Shown piece by piece: positions 40,734-50,315 of a stretch of 64,000 nucleotides of DNA (its first letter is position 1; every line of letters starts with the position of its first letter). Location of the stretch: assembly GCA_963677495.2 (NCBI GenBank), contig CAXXOU010000004.1, positions 416,001 through 480,000 on the forward strand, in the 5' to 3' direction. This DNA is from Candidatus Cloacimonadales bacterium (GTDB taxonomy: Bacteria > Cloacimonadota > Cloacimonadia > Cloacimonadales > JAFGVF01). The notes beneath the pieces were generated by a model. It did not search any database and was not told the origin of the DNA. It saw nothing but the letters and a program-made list of their open reading frames with translations. Made by a program: the position numbers and the translations under genes.

Positions 40734-42002
40734 ATGATTGATAAGATAGATGTTAATGTTACTTCGGAGATTGGTGAGTTAGAGGGCGTGATCCTTCACC
40801 GTCCGGGAAGAGAAATTGAGAATATGACCCCTCAGAATGCTGAAAGAGCATTATATAGTGATATTTTGAATCTTGCAGTTGCAGACAATGAGTATAATGA
40901 TTTCAGAGGGGCTTTGGATATTCTAACAAATACTTATGAGATCAGAGACTTACTCACTGAAATCCTCAGGAACGATAGAGTTAAATTTAACCTAGTTGAA
41001 AAGATTTGTAGATATGAGGACAGGCAGATACTTGTTGAAGGTCTTATGAAACTTGGGCCTGAGGAGCTTACTCGCCAGTTGTTTGAGGGTGTTGTCATGA
41101 GAAAGAACAATCTCACAAACTTTTTGAGCAAAGAAAAATACAGTCTCAGACCCCTTCATAACTTCTTCTTCATGAGAGATGCTTCAATATCAGTATTAGA
41201 TGAAGTGCTTATCGGTAAGATGGCAAACCAGGTACGTGAACGTGAATCCATAATTATGGAAGCGATATTCGATTACCATCCAAACCTTCAGACAAGAACT
41301 TTTAATCCATTGAACAGTAAGAATGTTCCACCTGAGCATATTACTATTGAGGGTGGAGACGTGCTTATTGCCAGAGATGATACTTTACTTATTGGTATCG
41401 GTGGTAGAACGACTTCTCAAGGTATCGATTATCTTATTGAATACTACAAGCATAAAAAAGAAAAGTTTAATATTGTAATACAAGAGCTTCCTCTTCAACC
41501 TGAATCTTTCATCCATCTTGATATGGTGTTTACTTTCCTTAATACCCATGAATGTATGGTCTATGAACCGGTTGTGCTTAAGCCAAATAGACTTGAAACT
41601 GTTTGTATTAAGATTGATAATGGCAAGGTGCTGATAGAAGCAAAGAAAAACCTTTTAGAGGCTCTAAAAGAACTAGATTTTGACCTTGAACCAATTCATT
41701 GTGGAGGCCCATCAAGTAAATGGACTCAAGAGAGAGAACAGTGGCACAGTGGTGCTAACTTCTTTGCTGTTGGACCGGGAAAGGTATTAGGTTATAATAG
41801 AAACGTACATACACTTGATGAGCTTAGTAAGCATGGATATGAGATTCTCAATGCAAAAGAGCTTATTGCTGGTAAAGTTAATCATAATGACTATGAGAAG
41901 TTCGTAGTTGCTATTGATGGGGCAGAGCTTGCACGAGGTGGTGGTGGTTGTCGTTGTATGTCAATGCCGATTAGAAGAAAATCTGTTGATTGGAGTCTTT
42001 AA
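40734..42002 (+). CDS. arcA: Arginine deiminase
   Basis: VTSEIGEL..VILHRPG, FFMRD, IEGGD, HLDMVFT, ELARGGGGCRCMSMP. Confidence 0.93.
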   Translation: MIDKIDVNVTSEIGELEGVILHRPGREIENMTPQNAERALYSDILNLAVADNEYNDFRGALDILTNTYEIRDLLTEILRNDRVKFNLVEKICRYEDRQILVEGLMKLGPEELTRQLFEGVVMRKNNLTNFLSKEKYSLRPLHNFFFMRDASISVLDEVLIGKMANQVRERESIIMEAIFDYHPNLQTRTFNPLNSKNVPPEHITIEGGDVLIARDDTLLIGIGGRTTSQGIDYLIEYYKHKKEKFNIVIQELPLQPESFIHLDMVFTFLNTHECMVYEPVVLKPNRLETVCIKIDNGKVLIEAKKNLLEALKELDFDLEPIHCGGPSSKWTQEREQWHSGANFFAVGPGKVLGYNRNVHTLDELSKHGYEILNAKELIAGKVNHNDYEKFVVAIDGAELARGGGGCRCMSMPIRRKSVDWSL

Positions 42003-43985
42003 TTGGGAAACCTTGAAGGTTTATTAATAGAGTATTTTGAGAGCGAAGGTCTTCAGTATGGCTACGTACTGAAACATAGTAATAATCAAGTTCATATTAT
42101 TAACTTAAAGGGTAGACAACAGAAGTTTACTGTTAACAGAATTGTTGTAACACATTCAAAGATACCTGAGACTCAGCTTAAAGATATATCAGAACAATTT
42201 GAAAGCTCTATATCAAAGCTCCAAGAGGAGATTGATGTGGAGCTTCTTTGGGAAATGGTCAAAGACAATACAGAGACCTTATCCCTTTTTGAACTCTCGG
42301 ATATCTATTTCGATAACCCTTCATCAAAGCAACAGTCAGCACTAATTAGAGCAATTAGAACAGAAGCTCTTTGCTTTAAGTTGAAAGGTTTGCTTTTCAC
42401 ACCTCGAACAAAGGAACAGATTGAAGAACTTAGACTTCAAAGAGAGATAGAAGCACAGAAATCTGAATATATTGCAAGTTTAAAACTCCTTTATTCGAAA
42501 GTAAATAGGAGTGATGAGTTTACCCCTAGTACAGAGGAAATTGAGGTACTGAAAAGTATTTACTCCTACCATTTTGACTCAATTGAATATAAGTACTCAG
42601 ATGAACTTAAGCTTTTGAATAAAACCAAGGCTGAGAACGAAATCATTGTTGAACTTCTTAAAGGAACAGGTTTCATTCCGAATGATACTGATAAGTTTGT
42701 TGCATTGGCAGGGCTGAAGTATGATTTCACTGATGAACAAGTTCAGGAAGCTGAGAACTTAGAACCATATTCTCATGACAGCTCCAGAATAGTAATTGAT
42801 CATGAGTATTGCTTCAGCATTGATGACCCCGGAACAACTGAGATTGATGATGCAATATCAGTAGATATTGATGGGAATTTAGTATCTCTTGGTATCCATA
42901 TTGCAGATGTACAATCATTTGTAAAGAAAGACTCAGTTTTAGATAGAGTTGCAAGAGAACGTTGCTCCTCTTTGTATATGGAAACTGGTTCGATCCCGAT
43001 GTTCCCGGAGAAGTTATCTTCGCTTCATACTAGTTTGATTGATAATGAACCACGACCGGTGATGACTTACCTAATTAAGTATGACCTTGAGAAGGAAGAG
43101 ATTGTTTCGAAAGATGTTTTACGTGGAGAAGTAGTAGTTAAGAGCAAGCTTTCCTATGATTATTCAGATGAATTGCTAGAGAAATGTGAAGACGGTTTAA
43201 GTAATGCACTTAGAAGTGTTGAATCTGTATGCAAGAGATTGAGGAGACAGCGTTTTGAAAATGGAGCGATAGAGATACTTAGACCTGAAATTCAACTTAG
43301 AGTTGAGGGAGATGAGATATTAATCAATAACATTAATCGCTGGTCTAGAAGTAGAAGACTAATTGGTGAGTTGATGATATTTATTAATAACCTGGCCGGA
43401 CAATTCTGTCGGGACAATAATATTCCTACTGTTTTTAGAGTGCAGGAGGAACCGGAGCAACCTGTACCTGAACTTGGAGATAATGTAAGCTATGATCCTG
43501 TTCTTACGGATAAACTTATAAGGTTTATAAGACCATCAAAGATGAGTACTACAGCATCGGGGCATAGTGGGTTGGGAATTGATGCCTATTCACAGCTTAG
43601 TTGTCCGATTAGAAGGTATGCTGATCTGGTAGTACAAAGGCAGGTTTCAGCTTTTGTTGCTGGTAGTGAGTTACCATATACTCTAGAAGAGATTTATGGA
43701 GTTATAGCAGATGTAGAAGATGTAACTCGACAGCATAGAACTATGTATCAGGACTCAGCTAATTACTGGTATCTAAGATATTTGCAGAAGCATTGTTTGG
43801 ATCATATATTTGATGCTACAGCAGTGTATCGTAACCGAAACAGAGTGACTTTTGAACTCGACTTGTTTGGTAAAAGAGCTACTGTTAATACTATGGATAC
43901 AGAGTATGCTTTGGGAGATAAAGCTCAACTTAGAATTGAGAAGATTGATCCTGAGAAAGGAATTCTCAAATTTAAGATTGACTAA
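42003..43985 (+). CDS. RNB-domain exoribonuclease (RNase II/R family)
   Basis: FSIDDPGTTEIDDA catalytic motif, IHIADV, (C)PIRRYADL, C-terminal S1-like domain. Confidence 0.88.
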   Translation: MGNLEGLLIEYFESEGLQYGYVLKHSNNQVHIINLKGRQQKFTVNRIVVTHSKIPETQLKDISEQFESSISKLQEEIDVELLWEMVKDNTETLSLFELSDIYFDNPSSKQQSALIRAIRTEALCFKLKGLLFTPRTKEQIEELRLQREIEAQKSEYIASLKLLYSKVNRSDEFTPSTEEIEVLKSIYSYHFDSIEYKYSDELKLLNKTKAENEIIVELLKGTGFIPNDTDKFVALAGLKYDFTDEQVQEAENLEPYSHDSSRIVIDHEYCFSIDDPGTTEIDDAISVDIDGNLVSLGIHIADVQSFVKKDSVLDRVARERCSSLYMETGSIPMFPEKLSSLHTSLIDNEPRPVMTYLIKYDLEKEEIVSKDVLRGEVVVKSKLSYDYSDELLEKCEDGLSNALRSVESVCKRLRRQRFENGAIEILRPEIQLRVEGDEILINNINRWSRSRRLIGELMIFINNLAGQFCRDNNIPTVFRVQEEPEQPVPELGDNVSYDPVLTDKLIRFIRPSKMSTTASGHSGLGIDAYSQLSCPIRRYADLVVQRQVSAFVAGSELPYTLEEIYGVIADVEDVTRQHRTMYQDSANYWYLRYLQKHCLDHIFDATAVYRNRNRVTFELDLFGKRATVNTMDTEYALGDKAQLRIEKIDPEKGILKFKID

Positions 43986-44073
43986 CTAATAGTACTTTGT
44001 TCGGTAGGTTAAACTGATTCCTCGGGAATCAATCCTTTTTGTAATTACAATAGAAAAATATATAGAGGAAGCC

Positions 44074-46053
44074 ATGAAAAGTAACGTTAATCCTCAGGAG
44101 AACTACAAAAGAACCCGTGACCTTTGTGGTTGGGTACCTCGTAGTGAAGCAACTCGTAAAACTTATGAAGATATAGGCTTCATGAGTGGTTTAGAAGTTC
44201 ATCAACAACTCAATTCTAAGAAGAAGCTATTCTGTCGATGCCCGGTTGGAATATATCAGGATGCCGAAGATTTCGATACAGAAATTGTCAGGCATATGCG
44301 CCCAACTCTTAGTGAACTTGGTGAGTACGATGGTACAGCTTTAATGGAGTTCAAGACAAAGAAAGAGATTGTCTACAGAATTAAGAATGTCACAACATGT
44401 ACTTATGAACTTGATGATACTCCACCCTTCCCTGTTAACAGAGAAGCATTAGCAATTGCAACAGAAATCTCTCTTCTTCTTAAACAGAATCTTGTTGGAG
44501 AATTTCATATAATAAGAAAGCAATACCTTGATGGTAGTATTCCAACCGGATTCCAGAGAACCGGTATTATCGGTATCGAAGGTGAGATTTATCCGAAAGG
44601 TCGACGTGTTGGCATTATTCAGCTTAGTATTGAGGAAGACTCATGCCGTGAAGTTTCTGATATTGGGCATAGAAGAATTTATAGAACAGACAGACTCGGT
44701 GTTCCACTAATTGAAGTAGTTACTTATCCTGATATGAAAGAACCCGATGAGGTGCGTGATGCAGCAGAATACATCAGATACCTAACCAGAAGTACCGGCA
44801 AAGTAAGAGTCGGTATTGGTGCCGGACGTGAAGATGTAAACGTTAGTGCTACGGGTGGTACAAGAATAGAGATAAAGGGTGTTGCCCATATTAGCTGGAT
44901 TCCGGAGCTTACACATAATGAAGCTTTCCGCCAAAGAAGTCTTGTGCTACTGAGTGAAGAGATTAAGAAACGCAAAATAGATTTTGAGAAATGGGATATT
45001 ACTTCATCGGTTCTTCCTGCTGAACATGTAGCCGGAATGGTTCCAGAAGAGTTTGATTTAGAAGGGAAGAAAGTAGTTTCTGTTAATCTTCCTGACTTTA
45101 AAGGTTTACTAAGCTGGTTCACACAACCTGGTCAGACTTTTGGTAGTGAGATTAGTCAGAGACTGAGAGTGGTTGCCTGTCTTAATCAACCAAACATGAC
45201 TCATTCAGAAGCTCTCAATCCAATATTTGATGAGCAAGGTTTTGCTCATATTGCAAATGCACTCAAAGCAGGAGAAAATGATGCACAAATAGTATTCTTT
45301 GCCCCTGATGAGGATATAGAGACCGCTCTTGAAACAATCAAAGAACGTTGTCAGATGGCATGTGATGGTGTGCCTAAAGAGACTAGAAAGTCATTTGAAG
45401 ATGGAACAACAATCTTTGAACGTGTGCTTCCGGGTGCAGATAGAATGTACCCTGATACTGATTCAGCTCCAATACCAATCGAAGAAAGTTTTATCGAAGG
45501 AATCAGAGCCCAGATGCCTAAGTTCTTACAAGAACAGATTGCTCTTTTACATGAATGGGAAGCTCCTGAAGATACTCATGATTATCTCCTAAGAAATAAC
45601 CTTATTAGTTGGGTAGAGCTTATTGCGAATAGGTATGAGATTGACCCAAGTAAAGTTGTAACTTTAATCGCTCATAGATTGAAAGAGCTTGAAAGAAAGC
45701 ATGATGGAATCATCAACTTAGAAAACATACTTGCCATGTTCGAGTTCCTTAAAGAACACAGAATGAATTATGAGTATGCTTATGAGATGCTTAAATATGT
45801 CTATCTGAATCCTCATGATGACATGCAGGATTGCGCTGTGAAAGCGGGACTTACAATCGTGCATCCTGATTCAATCGATGAACTTATTAAAGAGGAGATT
45901 GCTAAACTTAATGAGCAGCAAGCAGCTCTTGACGTTGCACCTAAAACTAAGTACATTATGGGTAGACTTAGATTCAGAGTGATTGGTAACCTTCCAATGG
46001 AAGCTGTTGCTGAATCTATCACAGCAATCCTTACAGGTAGAGAGGAGGAATAA
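44074..46053 (+). CDS. gatE: Glu-tRNA(Gln) amidotransferase subunit E
   Basis: GLEVHQQL..KKLFCRCP, RPTLSELGEYD, DGSIPTGFQRT, LSIEEDSCR, DRLGVPLIE, GAD insert, LPGADRMYPDTD. Confidence 0.92.
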   Translation: MKSNVNPQENYKRTRDLCGWVPRSEATRKTYEDIGFMSGLEVHQQLNSKKKLFCRCPVGIYQDAEDFDTEIVRHMRPTLSELGEYDGTALMEFKTKKEIVYRIKNVTTCTYELDDTPPFPVNREALAIATEISLLLKQNLVGEFHIIRKQYLDGSIPTGFQRTGIIGIEGEIYPKGRRVGIIQLSIEEDSCREVSDIGHRRIYRTDRLGVPLIEVVTYPDMKEPDEVRDAAEYIRYLTRSTGKVRVGIGAGREDVNVSATGGTRIEIKGVAHISWIPELTHNEAFRQRSLVLLSEEIKKRKIDFEKWDITSSVLPAEHVAGMVPEEFDLEGKKVVSVNLPDFKGLLSWFTQPGQTFGSEISQRLRVVACLNQPNMTHSEALNPIFDEQGFAHIANALKAGENDAQIVFFAPDEDIETALETIKERCQMACDGVPKETRKSFEDGTTIFERVLPGADRMYPDTDSAPIPIEESFIEGIRAQMPKFLQEQIALLHEWEAPEDTHDYLLRNNLISWVELIANRYEIDPSKVVTLIAHRLKELERKHDGIINLENILAMFEFLKEHRMNYEYAYEMLKYVYLNPHDDMQDCAVKAGLTIVHPDSIDELIKEEIAKLNEQQAALDVAPKTKYIMGRLRFRVIGNLPMEAVAESITAILTGREEE

Positions 46054-47435
46054 TGAGCGATAATACACAAGGATATAAAGGCCCTAGTAAAGCTATTCTT
46101 GAGAAGTTCAATGTTCGAGTTTGGGGGGATACTGAGATTCTCACCACTCGTGGTACTTTTAAAGGTATCATTCTTCCAAGAGCCGAGAACGATGATGACC
46201 AGCACATTGTACTTAAACTTATTACAGGTTACAATGTTGGTATCGACATAAAGACTATTACTGATATGAAAGAGATTGGTTATAAGAAAGCCAATTATAA
46301 GATCCCTGAAAAAGAGTTCCCATATACAGAAGGTATGCCAAACCTAAAGCTCTTTGGTACCGGGGGTACAATTGCATCACGTCTTGATTATAGAACCGGT
46401 GCTGTAATTCCGGCTTTCTCACCAGGTGAACTGTATGGTGCTGTACCTGAGCTTGCGGACGTATGTAATCTGAAGACTGAGAAGCTATTTGCAGTGTTCA
46501 GTGAGAACATGGGACCTCGGCAATACAAAGAACTAGCCATTGCTATTGGTAAAGAGATTGAGAATGGCATAGATGGTATCATGATCGGTCATGGTACCGA
46601 TACTCTTCACCACACAGCTGCTGCTTTAACTTTTATGGTACAGAACTCACCTGTACCTATCGTACTTGTTGGTTCTCAACGCTCTTCCGATAGACCTTCA
46701 TCTGATGCTGCTTTAAATCTTATTCATGCTGCAAAAGCTGCAGGTGAATCTGATATAGCTGAAGTAATGATCTGTATGTTTGGTCCTACCTCTGATGAGT
46801 ATGGTTTATTGCATAGAGGAACAAGAGTTCGTAAGATGCACTCATCTTTTAGATCAACATTCAGAACCATCGGTGACGTACCTCTAGCTACAATTAATAG
46901 AGATGAGATTAATACAATTAAGCAGAATTATAACAAGCGTAGAAGTGATAACAATGTTACTATCAAACCTTTCTTCGAAGAGAAAGTGGGAATGGTCTAT
47001 TATTACCCTAATATGCAACCGGATATGATCGATTCAATGGTTGATAATGGGTACAAAGGTATTGTTATTGCAGGCACCGGACTTGGTCATGTTAACAAAC
47101 CACTTTACCCTGCAATTGAACGTGCAGTGAAGAAAGGTGTTCATATCTTCATGACTGTTCAAACTCTTTGGGGATATGTTCATATGTTTGTTTATGACAC
47201 AGGTCGTGATCTTATGGCAAAAGGCATTATTCCTGCTGAGAATATGCTACCTGAAGTTGCATACATCAAACTCGGCTGGGCTATTGGTCAGACTGATGAT
47301 CCGGAAGAGGTTAGAAAGCTTATGCTTACACCTGTTAATGGTGAAATCACAGAAGGTGAACCATATAATAGTTACCTTATCTTCCAGGGTGGTACTCCTG
47401 AAGTCGAGAAGTTCATCAAGAATATTCATTTATAG
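46053..47435 (+). CDS. gatD: Glu-tRNA(Gln) amidotransferase subunit D
   Basis: GatD-type N-terminal domain (HIVLKLITGYNVGI) plus asparaginase core TGGTIASRLDYRTGAV, HGTDT, GSQRSSDRPSSD, RKMHSS. Confidence 0.93.
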   Translation: MSDNTQGYKGPSKAILEKFNVRVWGDTEILTTRGTFKGIILPRAENDDDQHIVLKLITGYNVGIDIKTITDMKEIGYKKANYKIPEKEFPYTEGMPNLKLFGTGGTIASRLDYRTGAVIPAFSPGELYGAVPELADVCNLKTEKLFAVFSENMGPRQYKELAIAIGKEIENGIDGIMIGHGTDTLHHTAAALTFMVQNSPVPIVLVGSQRSSDRPSSDAALNLIHAAKAAGESDIAEVMICMFGPTSDEYGLLHRGTRVRKMHSSFRSTFRTIGDVPLATINRDEINTIKQNYNKRRSDNNVTIKPFFEEKVGMVYYYPNMQPDMIDSMVDNGYKGIVIAGTGLGHVNKPLYPAIERAVKKGVHIFMTVQTLWGYVHMFVYDTGRDLMAKGIIPAENMLPEVAYIKLGWAIGQTDDPEEVRKLMLTPVNGEITEGEPYNSYLIFQGGTPEVEKFIKNIHL

Positions 47436-47456
47436 CTTATAACTTAATTGATAAAT

Positions 47457-47489
47457 GCCCTAAAGTTGCATACTTTAGGGCTTATTTTA
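47457..47489 (+). terminator. Rho-independent terminator after gatD
   Basis: GCCCTAAAGT-TGCAT-ACTTTAGGGC followed by TTATTTT. Confidence 0.75.
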
Positions 47490-47688
47490 TACTCAGGGTC
47501 TTCTATGAAATGCTGAAAACTTGGTTTTCATAGCTTTCATAATTAGATTGAAAGAAAGCTTGCTTGTTGGAATCATAGCGATTACTCATTACAACTGTCG
47601 TAATGATTCTAACAACAGAATCACCTACACAGTGGCTTTTGCAATAACTTAGCTATATTTACTGCCCTTTTATCCCTCTTTAACTGCT

Positions 47689-47816
47689 CTATCCATCAAC
47701 GCACTGTGTTTGCACTGTGCACGCACTGTGATCCCACTGTCAACCCACTGTTTCACTGGGTGCACAGTGCGTGCACAGTGGAAAAACAGTGGGATGACTG
47801 CGTTTTGGTGGATAGT
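47689..47816. repeat. Fold-back element with 11-nt-period arms
   Basis: CACTGT at 47702/47713/47724/47735/47746; ACAGTG at 47764/47775/47786; closing stem CTATCCATCAA/TTGGTGGATAG. Confidence 0.85.
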
Positions 47817-47850
47817 TTAATGAAAGTTTGCGATAACGAAAATATGATTG

Positions 47851-48513
47851 CTAAGGAACAACAATTTTGAAGCTACAGCAGTCATCGCCTTTAGCAACAG
47901 ATTTGAGAATCGAGATGTGAACATCTTTACCTGTGATATACTCCCAGATAGCTTTGTAGAACCCGGCACCACAATAGCAATAGACAGTATCTTTACTCTC
48001 ATCGGTTAACAAAGTTTCACGGTATAGAGGACAATGACAGTATATTGATGCACGTTTTTTGGGGTCCGTTTCATGGAAGTACTCTTGGATATGTCCGCTC
48101 TTCGGTATCTTAGTTGCTATTACTGTTCTACCAATCAAGTTACCAGCTGATCCCCATTTTTGCTCAATTATAGTATGCTTGATATTATCAGAGATTTGTA
48201 GTTTGTCCAATAAGGCAATAAACTGTTGTTGGAGCATAGAATGTGCTTCCTCTAAACTCTTGTGTTTCAGGTAAACATCCCGAATTGAATCCAGCTTCTC
48301 TGGAGGATATTGACATGAGACACAAAACAGCAATTCTATAATTCCTTCTTCTGTAAAAGATGCTCGTAAAAGCTCTAAGAATCGCTTTACTTCGAAACTA
48401 CTCTCCTTGCCTGAGATGTAAACATAATCAAGTGTCTGTACTAATCCTCTTTGCTCTAAAAGAGGTATGATTTTAGAGGCCCAGTAATCGAAGAAACCTT
48501 TATCAAAACTCAT
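47851..48513 (-). CDS. Cys-containing hypothetical protein (DUF6144/V4R-like C-terminus)
   Basis: YCHCP, YCYCGAGFY...WE, SVAKGDDCCSF; AGGAG RBS before ATG 48513. Confidence 0.65.
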   Translation of the reverse strand: MSFDKGFFDYWASKIIPLLEQRGLVQTLDYVYISGKESSFEVKRFLELLRASFTEEGIIELLFCVSCQYPPEKLDSIRDVYLKHKSLEEAHSMLQQQFIALLDKLQISDNIKHTIIEQKWGSAGNLIGRTVIATKIPKSGHIQEYFHETDPKKRASIYCHCPLYRETLLTDESKDTVYCYCGAGFYKAIWEYITGKDVHISILKSVAKGDDCCSFKIVVP

Positions 48514-48663
48514 ATCTACTCCTAATGCTAAGTTGAATAGTAAATCTGTGACTGTCAAAAAGATATTTCTTTATTTTGAAAATCAGATTAATCTATCTAG
48601 TCTCATAAAGCAAAAGATAGTCTTGTGTAACATTTTATACTTGACTGTTAAAGGAAATTAAAA

Positions 48664-49851
48664 TTGAAAACATATATGGATTATACTACAACATTCCCGG
48701 ATTATGAAGAAAATGGAATACTGAACTTGATTGCAGCTTTTAGGGAAGCCGGTGGAGATAAGGATTGTGCTTATAAAGCTCTTGATTTAAACTTACCTAA
48801 AGCATTAAACGAATATGATAATTGTATATTTCTTGTATTAGATGGGTTAGGCTATAATTACTTGCAGAGAAAAGGTGAAGGTACGTTTATTAAAGAGCAT
48901 TTGGAAGGTAAACTATCAACTGTTTTCCCTTCAACAACAGCTTCTGCGATTACCTCTTTCCTGACTGGTGTTTCTCCTAGTGAGCATTGCCTTACAGGCT
49001 GGTTCACATATGTAAAAGAGTTAGCTACTGCTACAACAATTCTCACCTTCTCTCCCAGGTATTCAAACATGACGTTTGATCGATTGGGTGTGGAAAGTGA
49101 CAAGATATATCATTTTGATGGTGTTGCAGATAAGATGGATTATAGATTCTATCATATATCTTCAAATCATATTCTTAATACACCCTTTGCTTTATCGCAT
49201 TCAGGGAATGCAACTAGAATGGGATATGACGATGTTTTGGAAATACCGAACATTGTTAATGATGTTCTGAGCCAAAAAGTTGGTGAAAAGAAGTTCCTAT
49301 TCCTGTATATTTCAACTTTTGATAAAATCTCACATCAGTATGGGATTGATAGTGATGAATCCTATGCTCATATGCTCAAATTGGATGGCTTGGTTGGTGA
49401 TATTAGCAGAATCGTTATGAAGTCTAATTCAGTATTTATTGCATCTGCTGATCATGGCTTTGTGAATGTTACTTCTGACAAGATTATTCGAATGGAGGAA
49501 CATCCCCGATTACAAGAATGCTTGACTATGCCTTTAATGGGAGAACCACGAACTCCATTCTGTTACGTTCGACCTTCTAAGGTTGATAAGTTCCTCAAGT
49601 ACATAGAAGAAAACTTAAACTATTGTTGTGAAGTGAAACCTTCAGAACAAGTGATTGAAGAAGGTTGGTTTGGACCTGATAAGGAGAATTCGGGACTCTT
49701 CGAACGAGTAGGAGATTATATTCTCTTCATGAAAGACAACTACGTATTTCAAGATAACTTACCGGTGGAAGATAAGTTTGAGTTTAAAGGATACCATGGA
49801 GGAAAAACAGCAGAAGAAATGTATGTTCCGATACTTATCTTTAACAAATAG
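48664..49851 (+). CDS. Alkaline phosphatase superfamily (nucleotide pyrophosphatase/phosphodiesterase-like) protein
   Basis: LVLDGLG, TVFPSTT, DKISHQYG, ADHG, GYHGG. Confidence 0.85.
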   Translation: MKTYMDYTTTFPDYEENGILNLIAAFREAGGDKDCAYKALDLNLPKALNEYDNCIFLVLDGLGYNYLQRKGEGTFIKEHLEGKLSTVFPSTTASAITSFLTGVSPSEHCLTGWFTYVKELATATTILTFSPRYSNMTFDRLGVESDKIYHFDGVADKMDYRFYHISSNHILNTPFALSHSGNATRMGYDDVLEIPNIVNDVLSQKVGEKKFLFLYISTFDKISHQYGIDSDESYAHMLKLDGLVGDISRIVMKSNSVFIASADHGFVNVTSDKIIRMEEHPRLQECLTMPLMGEPRTPFCYVRPSKVDKFLKYIEENLNYCCEVKPSEQVIEEGWFGPDKENSGLFERVGDYILFMKDNYVFQDNLPVEDKFEFKGYHGGKTAEEMYVPILIFNK

Positions 49852-49980
49852 TAATATTTGATAGTCAACTTAAATCCTAAATAATCGTAATGAAATAAAA
49901 CCTTGCCAAAAAAGGAAATGCTTTCTATTCTTGAAAAGAAATGATTATATTTATATAAATTCGACTATTTAGGAGTATAG

Positions 49981-50280
49981 ATGAAAGAGCAAAAAAAGCA
50001 ATTAAACGTGAAAATTGATGAGAATGTTGGTGAGGGTATCTATTCAAATTTCTTTGTAATTACAAACTCCCCGGCTGAATATATCCTTGATTTCGGTAAA
50101 CTTATGCCTGGATTACCTTCAGCTAAGATAGTCAGCAGAATACTGACAACTCCACAGCATGCGAAGCAAATGATGCTAAATCTTCAGAAGAATATTGAGA
50201 TGTATGAAAAACAACATGGAGAGATTAAAGTTACAGGTCAACAAGAACATAACAATAAAATTGGCTTTCAAAAAGAATAA
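49981..50280 (+). CDS. DUF3467-like small protein
   Basis: EGIYSN...EYILDF...SRILTTPQHAK...YEKQHGEI pattern. Confidence 0.75.
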   Translation: MKEQKKQLNVKIDENVGEGIYSNFFVITNSPAEYILDFGKLMPGLPSAKIVSRILTTPQHAKQMMLNLQKNIEMYEKQHGEIKVTGQQEHNNKIGFQKE

Positions 50281-50315
50281 ATTTATTAACTAACCTAACT
50301 TACATTGGAGGTAGA

